From NCBI RefSeq assembly GCF_001194135.2, contig NC_068987.1, positions 43,553,267 to 43,617,266 on the forward strand: DNA of 64,000 nucleotides. Direction: 5' to 3'. The DNA is from Octopus bimaculoides. Lineage: Eukaryota. The notes below the pieces were generated by a model. It saw only the letters and a program-made list of their open reading frames with translations, was not told where the DNA came from and did no database searches. This document shows positions 1 through 13,852 of the stretch, piece by piece. Positions within the stretch are counted from its first letter, which is position 1. The number at the start of each line of letters is the position of its first letter. The position numbers were made by a program, and so were the translations under genes.

Positions 1-305
1 TCAACCCAGTAGTTAACTACTTTACTGACTCCAAAAGGATGAAAGCAAAACTGATCATAGTGGGATTTAAACTCAGAATGTAAAGAGATGAAAGAAATAC
101 TACAAGGCATTTTCTGTGATGCTTTAACAAGTCTGTGCAAGGCCAGCAATTTTCTTTCAGGGTGATGGATTTAGTTGATTTCATCAACTCCAGTACTTGA
201 CTCCTACTTTATTTTATCAACCTTGAATGGATAAAAGGCAAAGTTGGCCTCAACACAAGGTCATAAATCTAGGGGAAGGGATCAGTTGATTAAGTTGATA
301 TAAGT

Positions 306-440
306 ATTTTATCGACCTCAGAAAGATGAAAAGCAGAACTGACCTTGGCAGGATTTGAACTCAGAACGTAAAGAGCTGGACGAAATGCTACTAAGCATTT
401 TGGCTAACATGTTAATGATTCTGTCAGCTCTCTGCCATAA
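306..440 (-). mobile_element. tRNA-derived SINE (family A) fragment
   Basis: Reverse complement of the GGCAGAATCGTTAGC...CTGAGTTCAAAT...CATCCTTT head also seen at 10175, 10530 and 36900. Confidence 0.7.
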
Positions 441-831
441 CAACAACAACTGCAAGGATAAGTACAGGGAGCAACAACTCTGTAAAATGAGAGCAGTTCG
501 TAGAGCAGCAACTCTACAAACTACACTTGTCTTGTCTGATTCTGTTGGGGCCACAGCAGGACCTAGAGACACACAGAATCATACTGAATAGAGGACTGAC
601 ACACTACACCATACATTCAACTGAGCATGTCAGAATGAGAAGAGTGATCATCAATTTAATGGAAAGTATGGTATATTCAGAGCTGTATATATTTGTCAAG
701 TGCACACACACATTCAGCCAGCTGTATAGTGTGTTGCCATTGAGATCTAGATTTACACAAAAATTACAAGTCCCACAATGACCACCACTACAGAAATGTA
801 GCTATATGCTTGAACAAGATATTCTACTCAC

Positions 832-956
832 TCTCATGTATTTCTCATAGACCACTTTACTGACATTAAAGGTTCCCATGGTGTCAATTTCTTGGATAGT
901 TTGGAAAGCATGGAACGACATATTGGAGGCCAAACACAAGAAGTTGCCAGCAGCAC
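832..956 (-). CDS. DECR2: DECR2 coding exon 5 ([41 protein letters not shown])
   Basis: TTACAG acceptor, GTGAGT donor, phase 1-0, 125 bp; NxAAGNF and DTxGTFNVS motifs of DECR2. Remaining exons lie left of the window. Confidence 0.95.
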
Positions 957-1227
957 CTGTAATGAAGGTGATGTACAAAAAGACAGTTGTGTTTTATAAA
1001 TACATATATCATATAATTGTGTGTATATGTGTTTATATATACACATAAAAAGGAGCTTGCTTTCTTGTGATTCAAGTTTCATTTCAAACAAACTTTATAC
1101 TTTACAATATGTACTGAGTTCTCTTTCCTGCATTCATTTGACAAAAAGATCAACATTTCAATACCATTCACACTTATTCATGAACACACATACACACACA
1201 AAAGCTCTACATAAATAAATATTAATA

Positions 1228-4200
1228 TATAATAATAATAATGAAATTATTGTATACAGTGCTCAGGTGCACTACAACTTGTCAAAAGTGTGCATAAAGC
1301 ATATGCAGTATTGTACAAATGTCTGGAAAGTGAACAGTGTACGAGTCAGATACATGCTTGCGTGTGTATGGAGGGGAGAAAATTAGGTGTAGTGTTGGCG
1401 AATCTCAGGAAGCATGGAAGTTTTGAAGGATGCAATGCTCCGACAACTAACAACTGATGCTGGCAGTTTGTTCCATACTTCAGCAACTCTTAGCGTGAAA
1501 AAGTGTTTCCGAAAGTCATGGGAGCTGTGCTGTTTTCTGACTTTGTAAACATGTCCATGGGTGTTAGACAGGTGGAATTTGAAAAGGTGCTCAGAGTTAT
1601 TGTTAGTAAGATGGTTAATAATTTTATGGGAGTCTGAGCTTCAATGTATCCACACCCAAGGAAGTAAGGCGTTCAGAATATGGCAAATGCCTGATAGAGG
1701 GTATTCTCTTGGTTGCACGTTGCTGAACAGTTTCCAGACGATTAATATCCTGGGCAAGACAGGGGTTCCAGACTGGAGATGCAAACTCCAGGTGAGGCTG
1801 CACCATAGCTATATAAAGCCTCAGATAGATAGCCGGAGAGCAGCTCACAAAGGACTTGGTAAGTGATGCCAAGACACCCTCAGCCTTCTTGGCAATTTTA
1901 GCAATGTGTTTTGTCCAACTCAAACTGCTGTCAACAATAATGCCCAGGTCATGTTCGCAAGAAGACTTTTTGAGATTAGTGTTGTGGAGGGAGTAAGTAG
2001 ATGCTGGGTTTTTCCTCCCAAAATGCATGGTGGTACATTTGTCCACAGCCAGCTTGAGTTGCCAGTCGATGATCCATTGGTGGATCGTGTCCAGGTCTGA
2101 TTGCAATAAAGATCTATAGTGTACAGGATCTGTCCTTTTTATTTCGAGGTACAGCTTGATGTAATCTGCATATTTCAGCACTGTGGCATTCTTTAAGTTG
2201 GCATCTATATCATTAATATATGCAACAAATAGAAGGGGGCCAAGAACACATCCCCGTGGTACACCAGATGTCATCTCATAGGGTGAAGAGTGATGTCCTA
2301 GAACTGTGACAACCTCTTTTTGGCCGATAATGAAAGACTTCAACCAGTTATAAAGATCATCTCTTATACCCATTGCAGAGAGTTTCACCATAAGTCTTTT
2401 GTGCGACACAATTAAAAGCCTTAGCAAAGTCAAGGTAAACAACATCCACCCAGGAGCCGCCATCAGTGATTCGGGTAATATCCTCAAGAAACTCAATGAG
2501 TTGATTACAGCAGCTGGAGTTAGGAATAAATCCAAATTGTGATGGCTGGATGAGGCTGTGAGACTTCCAGAAGTTCTAGAAGGTTTCTCTGACACAGGAT
2601 TCCATCAGTTTGGTGATGTAGCTATTAAGACTGACAGGGCGATAGTTGACAGGCAATGTGCGGTCACCTTTTTTTAACAGAGGGATAACACTGGCAGTTT
2701 TCCATTGCTCTGGAGTAACACCCTTGTCAAGACAGAATTGAAAGAATAGTGAAAGCTGGTTCAGAAGAAAGTACCCACCATGTTTGAGAAGTAGCTATGT
2801 AACACCATCGAGACCAGGAGAGGCATAGTTATGTTTATTCTTAAGGTGGCGTTGTAGCATTGCTGGTGTAAATTTCATAGTAGTTATAGAGTCCGATGTC
2901 AGAGGTGATGGAGATGGAACATTTCAACAGTAAAGATGCCTGCATAGCATCCAGTAATAATTTCTGCACATTCTTTGGGATTGTCAGTGATCTGGCCTGT
3001 GTGAGGATTGCGAAGGGGACCAACTGGAGTATGAGGTCTCTGCTTTGAATGGACATACCTCCAGAACACTTTGCTGTCAGGGTTGGCTGCTATGCGCTGT
3101 TCGAATTTTTTGCCACCTGCTTGAGATGGTTGGATGATCTATTGCACTTTTTCGTGTTAATCTCTGATTTGTGCATTTTGTATTCCTGTTCAGCATTACG
3201 GCATTCTTTCCTAGCAAGTCGAACTGCAGCAGTCTCCCAAATTGCACTATTGAGTGGTTTTTTGTGCTTTCATGGTACCGATGCTGCACATGCCATCCAT
3301 ATTGAATTCAGAATGTTCTGAAGCATAGTGTTCACATCTCCATAGACATAAAATTCGAGCCAGTTTGGGCATCGCAGCTTGGTACAATAAGAGTTCCAGT
3401 CTGCTTTATTCCAGTCAAAGTGGGCAGTTTGAAGATGGTTGTGGTTTTTATTACAACCAATCAGAGACAAGTCAGCCATGATCATGGAATGATCAGAGTC
3501 ACCCAAAGGTTCTTCAGTAGTGACACTAATAATTGTTTCATGAGAAGTGGTGAATAGCAGATCCAAAGTGTTGTTACTCCTTGTTGGGGAGGTAATGACT
3601 TGGGATCAATTTGAATTCAGCACTAGCTCAAGGAAATCGTCTGCACTTGGCGGCCAATGGAAGGCCTCCCAGTCAATCTCAGGGAAATTGAAGTCCCCTG
3701 CAATATAAATATAAGTGGCTGTTTTTATGGCAGCAACTCTGAGGATATCAAAAAGTTGTGTGTCTTGATGAATATTTGGGGAGCAGTAAACAACTCCAAT
3801 TAGAAGTATTGACATGGTCATGTGTATATTGCAGAAAAATACTTCCTGTTGAGATTGGTTCAAATTATCACAAGGAATTGCCGATAGGTTTGAACAAACG
3901 TAGACCGTCACACCCCCACCACGACGATTAATGCTATCTTTGTGGAACAGATTGTAGCCGGCTATGCTGAAAACCCCATCACAGAGTGCAGAACGTGCCC
4001 ATGTTTCCGTGACTGATGAAATCTGGGTCGATACTTTTGATGTAAGAGTCAAAAAAATGTTGTTGCATAAACTATGGGCATTCAAGGACAACAGTTTGTA
4101 TCTGGATTTCAGATGATGATGATATACAGGGGATGGCTGATTGTTCTTGTTTAGTTTCCCATGGTTTTGTATTGCTAGTTATTGTGGGTGCAGTATCCTC

Positions 4201-4680
4201 AGACCAACTGATATCCCTTATCTATGACTCACCAGACTTGACAAATTTCCATATTTGCCCATCATCATGTAGGCTAAAGCTTTCCTGTGGCACAGAGTTG
4301 CGATTTAGGGAAGCTACAGTTTTTAGCTTTGGGTTTACATCAGGCTGTAGGCCAGAGCGTGTCCGAAAGGTAATTCTGTTTTCGCGCCGAGCCCTATCAG
4401 CAGCTAGATGGTATGCCCGCGCCTCAGTAGAGTTCAAAAACGACAGCCGAATCAATCTGGGTTTGGATCCTGGTTGGCTAAAGCGGAAAGCACTTTTTGG
4501 AGGAACACAGCTTAGGTCCTTAGATGTGTTGCCAGTAAATGCTTGTAGATCAACTGTATCTTCCGATACTCCGATGACAATTACCTCATGGGTGGTTGAT
4601 TCAGTGGCTTCCTCGATGTGTCTAGGTTCAGTAGAATTCAATGTTTTCACCTACATGCAACTCTTTGTCTCCCTGCTCAC
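1228..4680 (-). mobile_element. CR1/L2-like LINE, degenerate (ORF1 remnant, APE endonuclease, RT) in DECR2 intron 4
   Basis: Endonuclease motifs (ETW, GGGV, YIAGDFNFP) at 3606-4091; RT motifs (GVPRGCVLGPLLF, YADY for YADD, DLGI) at 1624-2595; (TTA)n-like 3' tail near 1230. Confidence 0.9.
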
Positions 4681-4684
4681 TATC

Positions 4685-4870
4685 ACCACTTGACAACCAG
4701 TGTTGGTGTGTTGTCCCTGTAACTTAGCAGTTCAGCAAAATAGTCCAACGAAATAAGTATTAGGCTAAAAAAATAGGTACTGGGGTTGATTCATTTGACT
4801 AAAATTACTCAAAGCAATGCCCCAACATGGCCACAGTCTAGTAACTGAAACAAGTAAAGGATAAAAGACG
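4685..4870 (+). mobile_element. SINE 3' module (also at about 19345, 38650 and 58205)
   Basis: Recurrent CTTGACAACCAGTGTTGGTGTG...CCAACATGGCC...GAAAC sequence seen four times in the window. Confidence 0.65.
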
Positions 4871-4959
4871 GGGACAAGTGCTGTAGTGTTAAAGAAGTAC
4901 ACTGTCACTGGTCAGGTTGTTTCAGCTGGATTGACTCATTGAGTCAGTGATTTGCTAAA

Positions 4960-5530
4960 CCTAAAGCTCTGCATAGACTGTGTGGTTGTTTCCAAGCATT
5001 TTGCAGTAGATTAGCACTTCCCACCAAATGCAGATCACTATCTCGTGTGGATGCCACTTTGGCTCAGTTTGAAGTGTTGCTTGTCTGTCAGGATGTAGTT
5101 ATTCTTTCCTCTGCTTTATGTTGATGTAAAGACACTATTTTTCTTCACCAGAGACGATGCAATAAAGAAGTCTCTGGTTGTGTTCTTAAGTAGCCTAGTG
5201 TCAAATGAGTAAACTGGTGGTAATAGAGGGGTACTGGAGTTAGTCTCTTTTGTTCGAAGCATGTGACACTCATGGACTGTGTGAAGGTGATGGGTGATGA
5301 TATTGTGAAAGCAGCCCATTTATTGGACCAATTCTCTTGTGGTCAACCAGAACACGGAAATTCTGTGAGGTCCAATTCCCACCCATCCACCCTTGAAGTG
5401 TGAAAACTATTTTAAGGCAGTTCTTTCAGTAATAGCACCTTCTCTGTACACAGCACAAAAATCCTATAGCACCTTCTCTGTACACAGCACAAAAATCCTT
5501 GAGTGGTTCTGGCAGCATTGGGACCTTGAC
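4960..5530 (-). mobile_element. mariner transposase remnant with a 34-bp tandem duplication (5432-5499)
   Basis: Minus-strand QTEPKWHPHEIVICIWW resembles the mariner QTxPKxxLHPKKVMLCVWW motif; ATAGCACC...AAATCCT occurs twice in tandem. Confidence 0.55.
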
Positions 5531-7743
5531 TGAAAGTGAAGAGAAGTAGGTATCGAAAATGCTCACTTTTTCCTACTTAGTAATCTTTGCTATCAGTAGA
5601 GAGATAAAACTTCTAAAAGGATAAACAAAAGTTGTAGAGAAAAACAGCTACAAGAAAAAAGAAAAGAAAAAAGCCCATAAAGCTATGATAAACATACTTT
5701 TTGTGTAAATTAAAATAACATTGGAAAGAAATGAATGAATTTATCTAACAAGTCCAATATACAAATATATGCACATGCATTCATGCATACATACATATAT
5801 ATTTAAATATATATACACAAACACACTTATACACATGTGCATGCATACCTACATACATACACCATCATTATTATTGTTGCTTTAATATCCACTTTTCCAT
5901 GATTGCATAGGACAGATAGAATTTGTTGAAACAAATTTTCTATGGCTGGATGCCCTTCCTGTCACCAACCCTTACTTATTTCCAAGTAAGGTAATGTTTC
6001 CCATGGCTAGACATGTTTTTCACAGAAAATTGGAAATGAACAACATCCCCTGCATGACAAAGCTGCTTGTTTACAACTATCATGTGATGTCAGGACAAGG
6101 ATGCACACACACACACACACACAAGAGAACATGGGCATAACCTGATTCTTTTATATTTCAATTGTTACTTATGTTTCAGTATTTAGCGACATATAACATC
6201 ACACTATGGATATAACCAGTAGATGCAGCTTATAGGACAATCAAAAAAGAAATATAAGTTAGAACAACCAGACGATGATGGAGTCACATGCTTAAGGAGG
6301 AAGTAGGATGGGAGAGTAGGTAGATAAAATTTGATCTAATTGTTGTGCATCTTGTGTATCCCCCACCAACCAAACACATATATACACAATAGGCCTCTTC
6401 CAGTTTCTATCTACCAGATCCACTCACACTAGTTAAACTAGGAAGATGAAGTTAAACACATCAAAGTAAACTACATCTAAGTATGATGAAGTCTATACCT
6501 CACTGATTAGTGCATAAAAATACCAGAATGTATCTGAAGTTGTTTACTATAACTACTGACTTAATTAAAATAAGGTCTTTTCAAGAAGGAATCAAATGAC
6601 CAATTTTCAAATTTCTCCATGCTTGAAAGGAAACTAAAACAAACTCAGTTAAAGAAATATTAATTAGCAAAGAAATTTTTCGTTTTGTTCTCACAGAATA
6701 ATTATTTCTAGCTATTAATATAATGTTCCCAACTTAACTATACCTGAACTTTTTATTGTCTAAGTGTTGCACACTGGAAACATGGACATTTAAAAAAACT
6801 GTGATTGTTTAGGTGGTTATATTAAAACAATGTAACTTGAAAACTTGAAGATTACACTGAAAAAGTGAAATAAAATATCGTCATAGATACATTTTTAAAA
6901 AGACATATTTGTAGGAAGAGTATCTCCTCAGTCTCAAACACACATAAACAGCAACTCACACAAACATAGACAGACATACAGAGTGATATACATGCACATA
7001 CACCAACTCTGTTACAAACATAGGCACATACTAACTCACATACAAACAGACACACAACTCACACACACAGACATGCAGACAAACATACATCAAGTTTCTC
7101 CCTCACTCTTTCTTTTTCTCATACACACACATTATAAATTAGAGAAGAAAAGAGGTGGAAAAGGGTGAATAAAAATTTACAAGGAATTCCAAGAAAAATA
7201 AATAAATAAATAAATAAATAAATAAAGCCCTTGCAATTCAAATTCAGAAGATAAGTTAGTGTTAACATACTAAATGCCAGAAGTATTAAGAAGATGACCA
7301 GAAGTAATTCTAAGAAGAGAAAATATGAATTACTAATATTGATTTACTTATGGCAAATATGGGAGAAAACATGGATATAGTCAAGCCTTATTCTGACCAC
7401 CTCGGCAATTAGTAGACTTCAACGTCTTTATCAAAGTAGTAATGAAAAGAATTACAGAGAAGATATACAACATTTATATGCATTAGTCGGTGTAGAAAAT
7501 TAGTAAATTTTAGAGAGTAAATTACTCTGAGACGCCACTCGCACAGAAAACAACAGGGAAGTTAGCGTAAATGTACTCAATATAGTCAGTGTTAAAAAGA
7601 GAATGAAAAATACAAAAGTGGGAGATAACTCTATTAAAACGAAAGTTATAGTGAGTTACTTCCCTTAAAAATAAATTTTAAAAGGAATTGGAACGCTTTA
7701 CAGAAACATTTTGAAATAGAAAGAAAATATCGTTGATACCAAC

Positions 7744-7813
7744 CATTAATCACAATATCTATCTTTCCGAATTTCTGCAGTGATTTATCAACCGCGTTTT
7801 GAATTTCATGGGG
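7744..7813 (-). CDS. DECR2: DECR2 coding exon 4 (PHEIQNAVDKSLQKFGKIDIVIN-G)
   Basis: TTTCAG acceptor, GTTGGT donor, phase 0-1, 70 bp; SDR FGxIDIxIN motif. Confidence 0.93.
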
Positions 7814-8639
7814 CTGAAACGAGTAAAAATATAAAAGAGTTGCAAAAATTCTATGACATGCAGAATAAAAGAACAAGGTTCATTCTGTTGCAAGCATTCA
7901 AAACAGAATTTTGGACCTATTCTTCGTTTTCCATGCAGACAAGACATGTTCTGGTTGGGCATCATTCGTATTCCAACCCTTGAGCGCGTACAAAGCTCAT
8001 AATCATCGCCTCACTTCTCTACAGTGACTTATAATATATAAAATAGCATCATCATCATTGTTGTCTCCATGGATTTAAGGTCCACTTTTCAATGCTTGCA
8101 TGGGCCAGATGGAATTCATTGAACAGATTTTTCTACGGCTGGATGTTCTTCTTGTCATCAACCCTCACCAGTTTCCAAGCAAGATGATATTTCCCCAAGG
8201 CCAGACACGTTTTCCATGGAAGACTGGGAACAAACAACCTCACTTATATGGCAGTGATAATCACTTAGAATCATCATGTAGTGCCAAGACAAGGGTACAC
8301 ACAAATGATTACTTACCAGCGACAGGTTTCTTTTGCTTTGTGTCAACCTAATCCATTCAGGCTTTGTGTCGGCCTGGGGCTACAGGAGAAGATACTTGTC
8401 CAAGGTGTCGTGAACATGAAACAACATGGTTGAGAAGCAAACTTCTTAACCACACAGCCATGTTTGTGCTTTTGTAAGTATTTAATTATGACCCTTTATC
8501 TTGGAAGTTTAAATGTTACAATTTACTTTATCAATTTCTGTGATCAATAAAATGATGAACAATCCACACTGGAACTGCACCATACTGTAGGCAATTGTTT
8601 AATTGCAAACCAATTTGTTTGTGTGTTGACTTAAACCAC

Positions 8640-9900
8640 TTAAGCCAATAGCCTTAGATTTCATCTGGCCCTGACAATCTCCAGTTTGGCAGTTTTGATA
8701 CCTGTGTAATTACATCTTCCATTGTTATGCATACATGATCCTTCCTTGGAGCCTCAGTGTAATGGAGTTTGGATCTCACAGAATGAATCCACTCAGCACA
8801 GTAGTTGTGACAAAACTCTCTTGCTCTCAGACAGTATTCCAAAACTGGTAGGTTTCTTCTGTTTCAGGAGGTATATTATCTTCTTTCACCACCTAAGTTC
8901 TTAAAAAACTGCCTGGTTATTTGTGAATGACCTGTTTTGATGGAACTGTGATATGCGATCAGTATAGCATTTCACTTGCAATGTTTTTGCCTGAATACGT
9001 TCTTTTAGGGGTTTGACAATAGTTTCTATATGATATTTGGATCATTTTTTTATGCAACTCAGATCTTTACACAAGGTTTTAATATCACCTTTGATTCTCT
9101 GCTTCCACCATGGCTCCTTCTGTCTGCCTGATTTCCTCTCTGTTTTTTCCAACCACTTCACATACTAAAATTGAAGTGGATCTAATCAAGTCCCTTATTT
9201 CTGATAGATCTTTCATTGAAATATCCCATTAACCAAAAGGAACCCATTATGGGTTGCACATTTCACACTGACACATTCAAAGCATCTTAAATTCACCAGC
9301 TCTGTTCCTGCTCTTATAATAATAAATTTCCTCGAGTCATCATTAGATCCTTCTGTTCTTCAATCATATCCTCCGGTAATACAGGGTCATCTACATTATA
9401 TTGATACCTTTCCCTTCCTCCATACACATCCCTCTCTTTTACTACACTTTCACCTGGCCTATTCATCTGCTGATCTTCACCTACATTATCCTCCTCAAGG
9501 TTATCATTACCACGGAGGCTTTTTCTGATTGTCTGAAGAAAGCCTCTATTCTGAATCATTATCTGATTCATGAGCCCATTTTCAGTAACCTGGAACATAC
9601 CCAGCTGGTTCCAAAGTTCTAATGATCTTTTTCTGATAGCTTTACATAAGCCATTCTTCTTGTGTAGCAAGGCTTCTTCATGGCACTTAACTGCATTTTT
9701 GTTTGTATCAACAAGCCACATGTGTTTGTGAGCATGTTGTATATTTTAACCAGTAAAGAGACCACAACTATGTGGAGCCTGGTCTCCCACTCCATTGCCC
9801 TCTAAGGGGCTCTTGCTGGGCATAGGAGATCTGGTGTCTTGGACATCCAGGGGAGTCTCCCCATACACATTGTTATTTGGATTGGTATTAGTTATCATCA
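8640..9900 (-). mobile_element. R4/Dong-like (restriction-like endonuclease) LINE remnant, pre-RT region
   Basis: Frameshifted ORF pieces ending ITMEDVITQVSKLPNWRLSGPDEI, similar to the NWKAPGPD motif before the RT. Confidence 0.6.
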
Positions 9901-10174
9901 TTGTAATGAACGAGAGTGATTTTCTACGGAGTTTGCTTCCTGAGTGTATTTAGTCGAGATTTTCATGAAAAGGATTACCCTAAATATAACGCCAACTCTA
10001 ACTTAGTTGCTAGCCAAAGATTAAGGATCCCAAGTTTGCCCTGTGTAACTTGCTGCAGGATTCCCACAGAAGTAGAGGTTACACTGACATATGCAGGGCA
10101 GGGGTGGCACCAATTCCCTGAGCTGTTTTGAGCTGTTCACTGCCACCATCATGATCGTGGTGATGATCATCATC

Positions 10175-10750
10175 AAGGCAGTGAACTGGCAGAATTGTTA
10201 ACATGCTGGACAAAATGTTTAGTGGCATTTTGTTCTTTACATACTGAGTTCAATAATACAGTTCTATAGTTAAGAGATGAAGAATTATGTACATTATTTA
10301 CAATTGACAGATATTTGTCCTCAACAAACAAGATGAGGACAAATATCCATCAATTGTAAATAATGTAAATAATGTATACTGAGTTCAAATTCCACCAAGA
10401 TCAACTTTGCTTTTCATCCTTTTGGGGTTAGGTACTGGGGTCGATGTAATTGACTAGCCTGCTCCTACCAAATTTCAGGACTTATGTCTATAACAGAAGG
10501 ATTATTATTATTGTTATCATTATTACTTCTAAGGTGGCAAGCTGGCAAAATTGTTAGCATGCCAGGTGAAATGTTGCTTAAGGATTTTGCCTAGCTATGT
10601 TCTGAGTTCAAATTCTGCTGAGGTCAACTTTGCCTTTCATCCTTTCAGGGTCGATGAAATAAGTACCAGTTAAGCACTGGGGCTGATGTAACTGACTTAT
10701 CTTCTCCTTCAAAGTTGCTGGTCTTGTGCTAAAATTTGAAACCATTATTA
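10175..10750 (+). mobile_element. Two adjacent family A SINEs; the first is interrupted by a hairpin-containing insert
   Basis: Heads AAGGCAGTGAACTGGCAGAATTG (about 10175) and AAGGTGGCAAGCTGGCAAAATTG (about 10530); ATACTGAGTTCAA is duplicated at 10241-10253 and 10376-10388. Confidence 0.7.
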
Positions 10751-11135
10751 TTATTACTTCTAACACTCGCTGAAAATCTTGTATTTTTGGAGTGCATGTA
10801 ATCAAATAAATTTACTCACAGAAAATTACTGTAACATGTTAATACAACCATAGTAATTAAAGGATACAGTTGAGTTGAAATGAAATCTTTTCACAGGATC
10901 ATATACCCAAACCTATATCCTTTTACAAAAACTGACTCCTCTATATACTTCCCTTAACCACAATTTCTTGTTCCTCTCATCAAACCTAACAAGTGTTAGC
11001 ATCTCTCTCTTTTCCACTCTCACCCCATCACTTCTAAACAGTTCCTATGACCAACTCCCACTCCTTATTACTTCCCTTACTGAACAACGAAAAGAACAGT
11101 GAACAACAGAAATAATGTTTGTAGTGCAGTTTTAC

Positions 11136-11253
11136 CTTCCTTACGTCTGCCTGGATAGGGAGACACTGTTTCCCTGTAGCTTTCTCTAGAATATCTGCAG
11201 ATTTAACCAATTTCTCCAGTTTGCGACTGGCAATCACAGTATCACAGTTGTGT
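11136..11253 (-). CDS. DECR2: DECR2 coding exon 3 (HNCDTVIASRKLEKLVKSADILEKATGKQCLPIQADVRK)
   Basis: TTTCAG acceptor, GTAAAA donor, phase 2-0, 118 bp; matches DECR2 HGCHTVIASR...CLPLSMDVR. Confidence 0.95.
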
Positions 11254-12080
11254 CTGAAATGGAGACATAACAGTTGCTGTACAGATATCAAATATTGAAG
11301 GGGATATGAGAGTGAAGGGAAATATTTTTTTTTTTTATAATTAAATTTTTGCAATGGTTTAGTGAAGGGAGAATGAAGGGCAGATCACTAAAACTTTTGG
11401 AGAGTATTTTAAAGGGAAAAGGAGGATGAAGCTACAAGTGAAGAGTTGCTATTTACTACAGTCATGGTATATGGCCATGCTAGTAGTAGTCAGTGGCCAT
11501 AGGTGAGCCTACCAGCAAGCAGGGCAACATTAAAAGATGTTATTATCAGCACTAAGCTCCAGCCATACCTTATATCTAAGGTTTCCATAAGTCAGGTTTT
11601 ACTTTGCATGTGCATCTGGAAGGGTCTTCAGAGTGATCCATGCAGCAAATCTCTCCTCATTCCATTACCAATATCATTCAAGTGAATGATAATAACTGCT
11701 GTAGGTGAATTCAGATTGAAAAGTGCCAGAACAAGAACTGGAAGGCATTTAGTTTAGATTTTACCAATTCAGTGGCACAAGCATAACATTTTCTTTGGTA
11801 GAGGAGAGTGTATCAACCACAATATTGGACTCAGAAGGATGAAAGGCAAAGATGACTCTGGTGAGATTTGAACTAAGAAAATAAAGACATTTTATTGAAA
11901 CCCAAACCATTCTGCCATAGATAACAGAAATAGGCTAACCTTTACAATGATACATATCACTTAAAGGTTAATAGCTACGTCAAAACTAGGTTAACTTTCA
12001 TAGTTATAGTAGTCACATAAAGAGGGCTATACAATGACAGTGGAAATAGACCAACTTTCATAAAAACCTCAAAAAGAGGG

Positions 12081-12272
12081 TGATATGTATCACCAGCAAT
12101 TCCTGTTGCAAAGAAACTAATTTCCAGTCATAGTAAAGCGTCTTATAGTGTTATCCATGATATCCTCGATTCAACGTGTTATTCGAAATGGCCACTCTCT
12201 CTCTGATCATCAAATGCGCATGCCCTTTATATCAAGGGAAGTTACCCAAATCATAGCACAATCTGCATAACA
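12081..12272 (-). repeat. 3' LTR (192 bp) of the Gypsy element
   Basis: TG...CA ends with an imperfect inverted terminus (TGATATG/CATAACA); TATAAA inside; homologous to 15249-15387. Confidence 0.85.
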
Positions 12273-13237
12273 TTCACTCCCTCTTAAAAAAATTTTTTTT
12301 AATTTTCATATATCAAGCCTTTTCAGGGCTTTCCAAATTCTTTTGAGATCAATGCAGTTGAGGGGATTCTTTTTGTTTAGATTTCAGTTAGATCTCTGTC
12401 TGATTCTTGAGGGACCACAAGTGTCTGGGTAAAGTCATCAATTGGGTTAATTTTTCTTGGTGATGCCAATTGTTTCGTAGATACTGTGGTTTTGCGACCG
12501 TCTGGGTAATGAACATGAGTGTATTGGGGGTTAGCTTCAATTAAATGAACTTGGTCAATGGTCATACTTTCTATTACGATTGTTCCTTTGCACAAGCACA
12601 GGTCCTGGGTTGATAGTTAAAGAGACGTTCATGAAGAGTGGCATTGGTGGACGTACAAAGTAGAGATCTGATCGAATGCAACATGTCTGGAAGAACTGTT
12701 TCCCATGAAGATACTGGAAGGGCACGAGTTTTCAAAGAGAATAGTACTGATTTCCAAATAATACCATTATATCTTTCTACTTGACTGTTCCCAGTGGGAT
12801 TGTATGGTATCATCCTACTCGTTGCAATGCCCTTACTAAGAAACCATTCTCTCAATTTTGTAGACATAAAGGCAGTTCCATGATCGGAATGTACATAACT
12901 GGGCATACCAAAAACTGAAAACAAGTCTGTAAAACATCTTATTACAGTCTGAGCTGATGTGTCAGATACTGGATAACTAAACAGAAACTGAAAGTATTCG
13001 TCAACAATTGTTAGAAGATAAGGATGCTTTGTGGAAGGAATCAGGCCTTTGAAACTGATTGAAATTCGTTTGAATGGCTGCGTGGCCTTAATTAAGTTAA
13101 CTAAGTTTGGTTTATAATTTTGTGGCTTCCTTGACATATAAAGCAATTCCTACAAATTTGTTTCACGTTCTCCAACAAATATGGAAGATTTCTACTGTGG
13201 ACAAAATGATGAAGGCGTATTACATAGGATGGCACAG

Positions 13238-13852
13238 TCATCATCATCATCCATCATCTTATGTCTGGGTTTTGTCCTTGTTAACGGGGGTGGCCAGATC
13301 TATCTCATTGCCATAGCAACTGCCCTCACACCATATTGCCCGGTTTTGGGCATCCTTGTTCTCAAGCCAACCCTCCTAATCACCTCCTCCACTTGTCCCC
13401 TCTACATTTTCCTTGGTCTACCTTGCTTTTGCTGTCCATTTACCTCAAACTCTAGCACCCTCTTCAGAATATGCTCCTCATCCCTCCTCAACACATGCCC
13501 ATATCACTGCACTCCATTCACCAGCTGTTCCGCTGATTCCTTCCTTGATGTATCCCCATCAAGTCCTCAGTCCACCTCCTATCAAACAGCCTCATGCCAC
13601 ACATTTCTCTCTCAGTCCTCCTCAAAATTGCCATCTCTCTCTCACTCAAACACTATGTCTCACTCCCATATAGGATTGCAGTTCTCATACAACTCCTATA
13701 GACCTTTCCTTCATCTCCAATGAGAACCTTTTCCTATATAACAATGCTCCACATGTCCTGAACTTCACCCAGCCAAGTCTTGCTCTTGTTACAGCTGCTT
13801 CACAGCTACCCTATCTCTCAAATAACAAAACCCTCTCACCGTCTCCACCTCG
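13238..13852 (-). mobile_element. RTE LINE 3' fragment nested in the Gypsy integrase
   Basis: YGHVLRREDEHILKRVLEFEVNGQQKQGRPRK is the RTE ORF C-terminus; (GAT)n tail at 13238-13255. Confidence 0.8.
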
